Notes: a model not told the origin generated them from the letters alone. A stretch of 64,000 nt of DNA from a virus (IMGVR_UViG_3300037067_004891:357674-421673), one strand, 5' to 3'; positions 51,586-60,678 are shown, counted from the stretch's first letter. Program-made: numbers and translations.

Positions 51586-51963
51586 TTAATAATCTATATC
51601 AGATAATTTTCTTGGGTGTTTACCTAAAAAATAAGTATACTTAGATGAATTTATTTCACCTAAAATTAGTTTATCCATTACATATCTGTCATAACCATTT
51701 GGTAAATAATGTTCAGATACATCAAATATATTTCTCTTTTTATAATGAAACCTATAATGTATAACAAACCCAAATGGTGACCACTGCTCAATAAAAAAAT
51801 ATGGTGATTCATCAACATTTGATATTAATTGTGAAATTATATCTTTTACTTTTATTAATTCATCATCACCAAATTCTGATTGGTTAGCTTGTTCTAAACT
51901 ATTATTTTTTAAAGATAATTGTTGTATAAGTCTTAGTTCTTTTAGTTTGTCTATGTCGTCCAT
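51586..51963 (-). CDS. Hypothetical protein
   Basis: ORF just beyond the distal end of array 2. Confidence 0.45.
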   Translation of the reverse strand: MDDIDKLKELRLIQQLSLKNNSLEQANQSEFGDDELIKVKDIISQLISNVDESPYFFIEQWSPFGFVIHYRFHYKKRNIFDVSEHYLPNGYDRYVMDKLILGEINSSKYTYFLGKHPRKLSDIDY

Positions 51964-52008
51964 TTATTTTACTTAATAGATTTTGTAAATGTTGATAATT
52001 CTGACTCA

Positions 52009-52637
52009 ATTGTGTCCACCCTCAATTTGAAATGTTCACTCACCTATATTGAAGGATTTGACCAATTTTATCGATGTTGTGTCAACCTCATTTTTGTATG
52101 TTCGAACACCACAATAAATCACTGAACTATAACATGTTGCGTTGTGTCAACCCTCATTTTTGTATGTTCGATCACCACAGAAACAACGAATACTTATTGC
52201 CCGCGGTTGTGTCAACCCTCATTTTTGTATGTTCGATCACCTAAAAAAATATGGCATGTTTCATAAACTTGGTTGTGTCAACCCTCATTTTTGTATGTTC
52301 GATCACCTAACGGCAAGAAGCCAACGAACAAAGACAGTTGTGTCAACTCTCATTTTTGTATGTTCGATCACCAAGCAATCTCATGCTCTCAGCCTTTGAT
52401 ATGTTGTGTCAACCCTCATTTTTGTATGTTCGATCACCTCACAAACGGGTTGCTTGTGAGAGGCTTTGTTGTGTCAACCCTCATTTTTGTATGTTCGATC
52501 ACCAGATTATTATGTTTTATGCTGGTGAAATTGGTTGTGTCAACCCTCATTTTTGTATGTTCGATCACCTCTCGGGTATTCAACATACCAGAGAAAAGGT
52601 TGTTGTGTCAACCCTCATTTTTGTATGTTCGATCACC
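52009..52637. CRISPR. CRISPR-like array 2: 10 repeats, 9 spacers (29-32 bp)
   Basis: Consensus GTTGTGTCAACCCTCATTTTTGTATGTTCGATCACC at 52141, 52206, 52272, 52337 (1 mismatch), 52403, 52468, 52534 and 52602. Degenerate copies at 52076 (35 bp) and 52009. Confidence 0.95.
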
Positions 52638-52903
52638 ATACCCTTAATCAATTCATTAATAGTTAGATCATTAAGATGATATTTCGTTTCTAAAACTTGA
52701 TAAATTTTATAATAATCATAATATAAAGTGTGATTTTTTAAATTGTAGTTAAAATAAACTATATTATCTTTTTTCCCAATTAAAAATTGGGAATTATACT
52801 TAAAATCAAACCACTCAGTGTCTTTAATTATTTGCCACAAAAAATATTTGGGACTACGAGCTTCTTGTATCTTTTTTATTATGTCTAAAATATCATTTTC
52901 CAT
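52580..52903 (-). CDS. Array-fused small protein B; C-terminus encoded by the first repeat plus first spacer
   Basis: Paralog of 46441..46788. Reads ...KGMVIEHTKMRVDTT-TFSLVC*. Confidence 0.8.
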   Translation of the reverse strand: MENDILDIIKKIQEARSPKYFLWQIIKDTEWFDFKYNSQFLIGKKDNIVYFNYNLKNHTLYYDYYKIYQVLETKYHLNDLTINELIKGMVIEHTKMRVDTTTFSLVC

Positions 52904-52905
52904 GA

Positions 52906-53301
52906 TTATATACCCAGATGTTTCTTACTATTTTCAATATACTTTTCGATATTAACTGAACCAACCGTATTAGATGAATGAATAAGACAATTTGGTAATT
53001 TTAATTTATTATCCATACAATAATCAACAAGCCATTTAATACAATCATATCCAGTTCTCTCTTTTATTTCGCCATCTTCGATTATGAAATCCGATATATC
53101 GTGGTCAAAACTGATGTTAATAGGTAATTTATCTTCGGTTATTTTATACACAAATTCATCAAAAGATTTAACAATAATCCAGTTTTTATCAATATAAACA
53201 GGATTACCAGTCACATTATAAACCATCTGAATAGTTCGGTAATCATCGAGTATTAGATTATAATCCATGTTCTGACAGTCTATTTTTGAATTTATCTTCA
53301 A
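52906..53301 (-). CDS. Cyclic-phosphate-processing receiver-like (cREC) protein
   Basis: LILDDYR, W.IVKSFDEF, ISFDHD, TGYD..KWL, IHS.N.VG. Confidence 0.65.
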   Translation of the reverse strand: MKINSKIDCQNMDYNLILDDYRTIQMVYNVTGNPVYIDKNWIIVKSFDEFVYKITEDKLPINISFDHDISDFIIEDGEIKERTGYDCIKWLVDYCMDNKLKLPNCLIHSSNTVGSVNIEKYIENSKKHLGI

Positions 53302-53333
53302 TTGATTTAAACAAATCTAACATGGGTTTATTT

Positions 53334-53672
53334 TCAACGCAATTCAAAATCATAGTCATCATCTTCAACAATTATTTTTGCAGAAATTCCCTTTGCATAT
53401 TCGTCTTCTGGTATTTCTTTAAATCCTGCCCCGAAAATCTTGTGTTGGCTTCCGTCTTTTCTGAAAGTTTTAACATATCCAAAACCTTCAATAAATGATC
53501 CACTCCCGAATCTCATTAAAGAAAAAGCCAGATGTTTAACAATTTCTTCAACACTATCAACCTCATGGAATACTTCGCCCCAAGTTTTCAAAGCTTCATC
53601 ATTCCAAATGTTTTCATCAATATAAATTTCGTATTCATCTGTACGAATTGCTGTTGTAATAAAGTTTTTCAT
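53334..53672 (-). CDS. Hypothetical protein
   Basis: Acidic ORF with FIEGFG motif; AGGAG-like RBS upstream. Confidence 0.55.
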   Translation of the reverse strand: MKNFITTAIRTDEYEIYIDENIWNDEALKTWGEVFHEVDSVEEIVKHLAFSLMRFGSGSFIEGFGYVKTFRKDGSQHKIFGAGFKEIPEDEYAKGISAKIIVEDDDYDFELR

Positions 53673-53694
53673 AATAAATCCTCCCTTAAAAAAT

Positions 53695-53780
53695 AATTTT
53701 AATTTTTAAGCCACTAATCAACTAATTACTCTTAAACTCACGGTTCAATCCCCTTGGTCTTTAGCCAAGGGGTCGTTGAC
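53695..53780 (-). ncRNA. Truncated IscB omegaRNA/HEARO-like 5' element, copy 2
   Basis: The reverse complement reads gtcaacgaccccttggctaaagaccaagggg...agttgattag, matching 33153-33240. Confidence 0.55.
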
Positions 53781-54097
53781 TAATCCAATAAACCCAGTTC
53801 AAGTATCTTTTGTTTTCGAATTCTTTGTTTAGTAATATTTTCAATAAACATAGAATTCATGTTTATACCAAGAGTTGGAGCAAACATATTTTTTGCCATT
53901 CTAAATGCACCATTACGTTTTTTCCAAATCTTTGCATAGTTAAGATTTTTTGTCAAATAAATATATTTCTTATATTTAAGTGGATTACTTGCAACTTTTT
54001 TTTGATTCTTATATGTACATGACTTAATATATTGAATCACATTAAACTCATCTTTGAAACTCAATACAAAATATTCGTCATTTTTAGTTTTAAACAT
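53780..54097 (-). CDS. Hypothetical protein
   Basis: IRKQKILEL C-terminal motif. Confidence 0.45.
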   Translation of the reverse strand: MFKTKNDEYFVLSFKDEFNVIQYIKSCTYKNQKKVASNPLKYKKYIYLTKNLNYAKIWKKRNGAFRMAKNMFAPTLGINMNSMFIENITKQRIRKQKILELGLLD

Positions 54098-54156
54098 TTC
54101 ACTTTATTTTTATTATAAAGCAAATATATGGAATTGTTTATTATAAAAAAAATTTA

Positions 54157-54648
54157 TTAAAAATAATATTTTAAATTGGCAGTTGTTATCATTAAGTGAT
54201 TTTTTAAATATTCTACGAAGTCATTCCATAAAACTTTACACATGTCAATATTTAAATAACAATTATTACATAGGTTAGGTTGTTTTACAAGTAATAAACC
54301 AAATGATATATTATTTGAAGAATGTACAATATTGTAATATCTAATATATAAAAAATCTTCTTTAACAAATATGATGAATTTAAAAGATACATTTCCTTGT
54401 ATATATTTGGGATATCTTGTATAATATAAATTAGCAATCCCAATATAAGTTTTACCATCAGTTCTTATAACAGATATATGAATATTGGTCTCATTACTAT
54501 ACCAGTTTTCGATATTTGCATGAATATTACTATTTTTGGTTATCTTGATAGAATCGGTAATCACTAAATTAGTTTGGGAATTAACAATACTGAAATGTGT
54601 CAGAAATAATAAAATAATTATTAATGTATATTTTTTCAAGACCTTCAA
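54157..54648 (-). CDS. Secreted hypothetical protein
   Basis: Signal-peptide-like N-terminus (KKYTLIIILLFLTHFSIVNSQ). Confidence 0.5.
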   Translation of the reverse strand: MKVLKKYTLIIILLFLTHFSIVNSQTNLVITDSIKITKNSNIHANIENWYSNETNIHISVIRTDGKTYIGIANLYYTRYPKYIQGNVSFKFIIFVKEDFLYIRYYNIVHSSNNISFGLLLVKQPNLCNNCYLNIDMCKVLWNDFVEYLKNHLMITTANLKYYF

Positions 54649-54669
54649 TTTATTTTATTATTTTTCTTG

Positions 54670-55068
54670 AAAGAAAATCACGAAAACCTCAGTTTCGTGG
54701 AATAATTTTAAAATTATATATTAAAATAATTTAAATTTTTTAATGAATTTAAAAACTTTTTTATATTTTTGTCGTCATATTTAATTATGACTTAAATGTC
54801 ATCCTAATCTGTCTCCTTGATATAAACGGTATTAAGAGCTAAATTAGAAAAAAAGTAAAGGTCTTTGATGTGATGATATATGGTTGTGTTTTAGAAATTT
54901 AAAGCACGTAAAATCATAAAAGTATAAACTTAGATAATTCTAAAGAAAATATTTGAGCTGAAAAACTTAATACGGCAGGGACTGCCGAAATACACGCTTG
55001 TGGAAACATGACCGAGGTTACAAAGTCAGCCCAAGAAACCACCAAATCTTTAGTTTAGTGGTAGTTCA
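54670..55068 (+). mobile_element. Non-autonomous IS605-type remnant retaining the tnpB 3'/right-end (omegaRNA-like) region
   Basis: acggcagggactgccgaaat.cacgcttgtgga...tcagcccaagaaaccacc..atctttagtttagtggtagttca right end; cacgaaa...tttcgtg hairpin at the left. Confidence 0.6.
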
Positions 55069-55422
55069 TAACTCTTCTTTAAGTATTTTTTTAAGACCTT
55101 TTAAGAACTCATCGTAATAACCTAAAACTCCAATATATTTATCCTCAGATTCTTTAGTATGATAAACAGTACCATTTTTGAATATTAAAAAAATTTCTTC
55201 ATTATAATCAATGGTAAACTTACAAGATGAACAATTATCGGCTATTCGTTTGATATTTTTCTGTGAAAATTCCACTTTATAACCAAGAGTTTTTATTCCT
55301 TTTTCAAATAATTTAAATTGGTCAGATACATCTTTTAGATGAATATTTTCTATTTTGGTTATATTCTTATATTTGTTTATTATATTAATAATAAACTTAT
55401 TAAAACCGAAAATATTTATCAT
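55066..55422 (-). CDS. Hypothetical protein
   Basis: ORF preceded by the TTTAATATATA motif. Confidence 0.45.
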   Translation of the reverse strand: MINIFGFNKFIINIINKYKNITKIENIHLKDVSDQFKLFEKGIKTLGYKVEFSQKNIKRIADNCSSCKFTIDYNEEIFLIFKNGTVYHTKESEDKYIGVLGYYDEFLKGLKKILKEEL

Positions 55423-55475
55423 ATGAATGTTAAATTATTTTTTTAATTTATATTAACTATATATTAAAAAATAAT

Positions 55476-56006
55476 TTATTTTTTCAATTTGATCACCAAA
55501 TCTTGGGATAATTTCAACATATCTTCATATGTTCCATTAATGATTTCATAAGATTCTTCGAGTTCGGTTAATAATGAAAAAACTGCACTATCTATTTCCC
55601 TTGATTCGCTTTCAGTTTGACTCCGACCAACTTTGTGATATGGCTTTACTCTTTTAATAAAAATGTTTATATTTTCGTATTTATTATGTTTCTTGATTAT
55701 ATACCGCCTTAAATCTTCATCTTTTTCTGCATCATAAATAACAGAAAGAAGTAGCGGTGAATCTGTAACAACAACATCAACTTCATCTTCCACCATATAA
55801 ATATCATTATATTGTTTAGAAAAAACATATAATTGATTTTTTAATTGTTTGTGATTTTTTCTCCATGTCAATTTTTTAGCATATTCGGATATTTGTTCAC
55901 AATTGACATTGTTCCATTTCAAATAAGAAAATATCTGGGAACAAGATGAAGTCTTACCTGCACCTGGTCCTGAGAACAGATTTATTACGATTAATTTTTT
56001 ATTCAT
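55476..56006 (-). CDS. P-loop kinase/ATPase (AAA_28, NadR-like)
   Basis: INLFSGPGAGKTS, EYAK, TDSPLLLS, GR.Q...E...ID. Confidence 0.75.
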   Translation of the reverse strand: MNKKLIVINLFSGPGAGKTSSCSQIFSYLKWNNVNCEQISEYAKKLTWRKNHKQLKNQLYVFSKQYNDIYMVEDEVDVVVTDSPLLLSVIYDAEKDEDLRRYIIKKHNKYENINIFIKRVKPYHKVGRSQTESESREIDSAVFSLLTELEESYEIINGTYEDMLKLSQDLVIKLKK

Positions 56007-56087
56007 AAAAAAATATTATTTTATATTTAAAAAGATAAGTCTCCGAAAAAGTCTTATATCAAATAAAAATAAAAAAGTTTTCATTAA

Positions 56088-56621
56088 TTATGTTTTAAAG
56101 GTTTTACATGCGTATGAACCAGAATTCAATTCCAGTTTTTTATTTAAAAATCCATAATATTTATACGTTTCCGTTTCAATGAAAACCAAATCTTCATTAT
56201 ATGATTTTATCCAATCAAAATATTTTGAATTAAAATTAGAATATATATATGTTTCACAAAGATATGAAGTGTCTTCATAAAATGAAGTGATATAATTTGA
56301 TTTTTTTTCTATTCCAAATAAATCTAAATTATTATAATATTTTTTTTGACATTTACAGAAATAGTTCATTAAATCCCTGTGTAGTATAATATGAGATTTT
56401 TCAACAATAAACCCATCTTTTGTAACTGTCATATAATCTTCTGGTAAACTGAGATTTTTTAAAATAATCTTACCTATAACATTTTTATAATATTTATCAG
56501 TTGACATGTTATTATCATTATATAACACTTTCTCGTTTGTAGAAAGTATTTTATATAAATCATTTATAAAATCCAAAGACTGGTCAATCGTCTGATAGTT
56601 CCGAGTTATATAGTATTCCAT
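56088..56621 (-). CDS. Hypothetical protein
   Basis: ORF only. Confidence 0.4.
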   Translation of the reverse strand: MEYYITRNYQTIDQSLDFINDLYKILSTNEKVLYNDNNMSTDKYYKNVIGKIILKNLSLPEDYMTVTKDGFIVEKSHIILHRDLMNYFCKCQKKYYNNLDLFGIEKKSNYITSFYEDTSYLCETYIYSNFNSKYFDWIKSYNEDLVFIETETYKYYGFLNKKLELNSGSYACKTFKT

Positions 56622-57019
56622 AATAACTCCTTTCTTTCTTGTATCTTCCTATCATAATTTTTTAGGGGTATTACTGCCTTATCATCCATTAGAGGATATT
56701 CCCCAAGTGTAAATTCGGGTGAATTCAATCCTATTTTATAATCTTTAATTGATAAAAATCTTTTTCTCTCATTCTCAATGTTCTTTGCTGTATTATAATC
56801 CCTATCATGATTATTACCACACATATTCTTCTTTGTTTTTAATTCAGTAAGATGTTTACTCAAATCTTTTAAACCAACGTTAAGTTTATCATTATTATAT
56901 TTATCAATTTTAAAAGCAAGACAGTTATTATAAATAAATCTACAAGAACCCAATAGTTTAGCTATATAGATTTTTTGTTCTGTGTTTGGATAAATTCTTA
57001 TTTTAATTGCTTTTAACAT
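56606..57019 (-). pseudogene. tnpB: Internally deleted TnpB (IS605 OrfB)
   Basis: The N-terminal HTH (KAIKIRIYPN.EQ...LLGSCRFIYN) is joined directly to the C-terminal CG..HDRDYN.A.NI; the RuvC core is missing. Confidence 0.85.
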
Positions 57020-57058
57020 AAGTATGTTTATTTTTAATATAAAAATATATATTAAATA

Positions 57059-58093
57059 TTAAAGATTAACTTTTTCAATTCTTTCATAATCGATAATAAT
57101 ATTTATTACTATATATATTCCAGAACGAGTTTTTCCATCTAAATTAAGCATCCCAATACCAGATAATTTTAACACATCACCATCTTTAGTTTTGGGAGGT
57201 ATTTTAACTTCATATGATTTGTTATCAGGGGTTTCGATTTTATAATTGATTCCATTAATTGCATCATCAAAATGTAAGTTTAATACATATTCTAAATTAT
57301 TATCTAAACGAATTTTAAATTTTGTATTATTTATAAAATTTATAGTTGAAATTAAATCACCAATTGTTTTTCTATAAAATTTAGATTGATGCCCGTAACC
57401 ACTTTTTCTTGTTCTGAATGAATTTCGAACTTGATATGAATTTAAAAATTGAAATTCTTCTTTTTTATTTTGAACTTTTTCACCATTACATTTCTGACAA
57501 GTATCTGAATAAATTCTACCTCTTCCTTGACATTGTTCACATTTATTTCCATACATACCACGACCAGTTCCACCGCACATATCACATAAAAATGATTCAC
57601 TATTTGGGTCGAAACCTGTACCATCACAATCACTACAATGAACATTTCTATTGAAGGATACCTTTATGGGTTGGTTTTTATAAACATCTTCTAAAGTAAC
57701 ATCTACTGTAATATTTATATCTAATTTTTCATTAAATTGATTTTGAAAATTGAACCCAAATCCTTGTGTTTGTCCGAAATTTTTAAAAACTTCAAAAATA
57801 TCATTATTAAAATTTCCATTACCACCACCAAATGGACTAAAATTTCCAAATGAATTTGGATTATAACTATTACCATGTGGACTTCTTATATCATATTCTT
57901 CACGTTTTTTATCATCACCAATGGTTTGATAAGCTTCGTTTATTTCTTTGAATTTGTCTTCAAAATGTTTATCTTGATTATGTTTATCTGGGTGAAATTT
58001 CAAAGCCAATTTTTTATAGGCTTTCCTAATGGTTTCTTTGTCAGAATCCTTATTAACACCTAATATATTATAATAATTTTTATTTGTGTCCAT
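57059..58093 (-). CDS. dnaJ: DnaJ chaperone
   Basis: J domain (NYYNILGV...KFHPDK), G/F-rich region, four CxxCxG repeats and a C-terminal domain. Confidence 0.9.
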   Translation of the reverse strand: MDTNKNYYNILGVNKDSDKETIRKAYKKLALKFHPDKHNQDKHFEDKFKEINEAYQTIGDDKKREEYDIRSPHGNSYNPNSFGNFSPFGGGNGNFNNDIFEVFKNFGQTQGFGFNFQNQFNEKLDINITVDVTLEDVYKNQPIKVSFNRNVHCSDCDGTGFDPNSESFLCDMCGGTGRGMYGNKCEQCQGRGRIYSDTCQKCNGEKVQNKKEEFQFLNSYQVRNSFRTRKSGYGHQSKFYRKTIGDLISTINFINNTKFKIRLDNNLEYVLNLHFDDAINGINYKIETPDNKSYEVKIPPKTKDGDVLKLSGIGMLNLDGKTRSGIYIVINIIIDYERIEKVNL

Positions 58094-58150
58094 TATGATT
58101 TTATTCTTTGAAATTTTTGTTTTTATATATTATATACATCTTGTTCCATA

Positions 58151-58441
58151 TTATAAAAATTGTATATCAACTGGGTCATATACATTTAATATAAACCAAA
58201 AAAATCTTTTATCTAATCGAATTTTAATTATTTTACCACCAACCTTTTCAACAAATTCTATCTTATTGGATCGTTTAAGTAAAAATGACACATTTTTTAT
58301 TTTAATTGGAATGACACTATTTTCTATTAGTTCATTTTCTTTTAGTGTTAAAGTTTTTTTAGATTTTGTTTCACCAATAACTTTATAAATATTTGAATCT
58401 TGTTTGGTTTTAATTAATACTGTTTTTCCAATATATGTCAT
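58151..58441 (-). CDS. Hypothetical protein
   Basis: ORF only. Confidence 0.4.
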   Translation of the reverse strand: MTYIGKTVLIKTKQDSNIYKVIGETKSKKTLTLKENELIENSVIPIKIKNVSFLLKRSNKIEFVEKVGGKIIKIRLDKRFFWFILNVYDPVDIQFL

Positions 58442-58502
58442 AAAAAAAGGATATAAAATTTAATTCTTATATCCCAATATTGTTGAAAAGTTCGTGTTTT
58501 TT

Positions 58503-59159
58503 TTATTTATTTATAATACCGTCTAACATTTTTTTGGAGTTGATTCCAAAATAATAAATATTTTTGACAGAACTGTGTTGCAATGCTTTAACCAATTCTG
58601 TTTTAGCCTCTGGAACATTATTTGCATCAATAAAAAATACCGTACCATATCCTTCATTTGCATTTATAATATATTCTTTGTTCCAAATTTTATTACTTTT
58701 ACATTTATACACAGCTTTTTTAACTGCATTAGAGAAATTTTTGGTTACTTTATTAGCCCACAATACAAAAATAGGTTTATCACTATAACTACATTCAATG
58801 TGTTTTATTCAAGCAACATCACTATCAGCTATTAAATCATCCATCAATCCCTCATCTAATTTTTCAATTTTCTTCTTTAATAACTCAGGTTCTTTTTTAG
58901 AACGATTTGACCAATAATCATTTCCTGTACTATCATACCAAGAAATTAAATGTTCTTCCTGTGCAGTTGAATGAAAACCCTGTGCATTTTTATAAATAGA
59001 AAATATTTTCAATTTTAATTTCTTAGCTAAATTGATTAACTCTTTTTCAGATTTCGCACCATTAGCAGAAGCCATATTATCCTTTGAGTAATACATCTGA
59101 TATGGATAATCCGAAAATGATTTACTTTCGTTAATATAATAATTAAATTTCGTTATCAT
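58503..59159 (-). pseudogene. CTS-like protein interrupted by one in-frame TGA (58809-58811)
   Basis: ORFs 58809..59159 and 58503..58763 share a frame, with no other stop between them (DVA*IKHIECSYSDKPIFVLWA). Confidence 0.5.
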
Positions 59160-59286
59160 TTTTTGTTTATTTATTTTTTATTTATTTTCCTTTTAAATCA
59201 AATTTTTTTTTCATGATTTTTTCCAAGTTTTCATATTTTATTTTTATATATTAAAATAAAAATATTTTTTGATATTAGTTATGAAA

Positions 59287-59754
59287 TTAATTGGTTTTTA
59301 TAATTTTTTTAATATAATCTTTGAATTTTTCAATAACATCACTCATATCAGACGAATCATCTTTATATTTAAAAAGCGATATAGAATTTAAACGTTTTTT
59401 ATCGTCTTGTTTGTTAATATTGCTTGCTTTTAATTCAAATTTTATTGTATATGTATTAGAATTGTTATCTTCATCTGTTCTTAACCAGATCATAGCAGAT
59501 TTGTTAACAAAATGATATTGTTTTTCGTTTTCAATTTTAATATCATTTTTATCTATTGTATAAATTATAGATTCACCATTAAATATGTTTTTATATTTGA
59601 TATTACTATTATTATATTTTTTTAATTTTATTAATGAACCTATTTCTATCTCAAATAATTCATTAAATTCTTTCATTTTATTATCAATATCAGATTTTTC
59701 TTCTTGTATTTGATTATTTTTTTCGTTTATAAATGATTTAAATTTTTTTATCAT
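59287..59754 (-). CDS. Hypothetical protein with CTS-like N-terminus
   Basis: MIKKFKSFINE. Confidence 0.55.
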   Translation of the reverse strand: MIKKFKSFINEKNNQIQEEKSDIDNKMKEFNELFEIEIGSLIKLKKYNNSNIKYKNIFNGESIIYTIDKNDIKIENEKQYHFVNKSAMIWLRTDEDNNSNTYTIKFELKASNINKQDDKKRLNSISLFKYKDDSSDMSDVIEKFKDYIKKIIKTN

Positions 59755-59793
59755 TTTTAGTATTTTTTTTTTTTGTTATTTTTTTTTAATAAA

Positions 59794-60678
59794 TTATTTT
59801 GTTAATTTATCTAAATATCGAATAAAAGAAAAAACGCTTTTATGTGACTGACTAATAATATCACCTTTTATATATGGTAATAATTTAACCGTATATTTTT
59901 CTTTCAATCTATCTATATGTTTTTTAAGTATTTCATTTTGATTATTGAATGTATATGATTCTGGGTGGGTTTTTTTAATGAAAAGAAAAGAACTATCTGG
60001 TATATTAAATGTTTCATTTTTAATTAAAATTTCACCTTCATCTTTAAACACAGAAGCAAAAGACAAAATTATAAATTGTAACATAATATCTAAATTTTCT
60101 TTACTATATTTTTGTTTTTCTTTATTTAAAATTTCAAGTGATTTATCTAATAATTCTTGGTAGTTTTTAAATTTTATATCATGTATTTTATGAATGTCTC
60201 TTTGGTCTAATTCTTTAAATAGATTATACATCTGTCCATTGACCCTTCTATACAATTTAAGTAAATAATTTAGATTATTAATTGGGTCTTTTTTGTGTCT
60301 GAAATATTCTGTTTTTCTAATACCTTGATACAATAAGCTACCGACTGAATATTCATCATCTACTTGATACAATCTTCTTAAAACCTTCATATTATCATTG
60401 ACCAGATAGTCTAAATCATCATATCGAACTTTTTCAACATCATTTATTTTTTCTACCAATTCTTTATCCATTACCAATAAAATATCCCTGATGCCGAAAT
60501 ACCCGTTTATAATATTCGTGCTATCTGATATACCAATTAAGTTTTTAAGCTTGCCAGAAATTAAATTCTTTAATGTGTTTTCATTAAATCTCAAAACTAA
60601 ATAATAATATTTATCATAATTTTCAGTAGATAATTTATATTCGTTTATGGATTCTATATAAGTTTTTAAATATTTCAT
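59794..60678 (-). CDS. Hypothetical protein with CTS-like N-terminus
   Basis: MKYLKTYIESINE. Confidence 0.55.
   Translation of the reverse strand: MKYLKTYIESINEYKLSTENYDKYYYLVLRFNENTLKNLISGKLKNLIGISDSTNIINGYFGIRDILLVMDKELVEKINDVEKVRYDDLDYLVNDNMKVLRRLYQVDDEYSVGSLLYQGIRKTEYFRHKKDPINNLNYLLKLYRRVNGQMYNLFKELDQRDIHKIHDIKFKNYQELLDKSLEILNKEKQKYSKENLDIMLQFIILSFASVFKDEGEILIKNETFNIPDSSFLFIKKTHPESYTFNNQNEILKKHIDRLKEKYTVKLLPYIKGDIISQSHKSVFSFIRYLDKLTK

Noticed and set aside
46246-52601. Idea that spacers target translation starts (taaattATG, aaaaaatATG, attattATG)
   Set aside because: 7 of 13 spacers have ATG on the + strand, but about as many have it on the - strand. This is not distinguishable from chance without protospacer matches.
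52009-52637. Array as a continuous coding repeat or shufflon of open C-terminal cassettes
   Set aside because: Spacer lengths vary (29-32 bp), some contain stops in the gene's frame, the repeats are direct rather than inverted, and no recombinase is nearby.
56606-57019. TnpB as a Cas12-like effector for the arrays
   Set aside because: The RuvC core is deleted and the gene lies ~4 kb from the nearer array.
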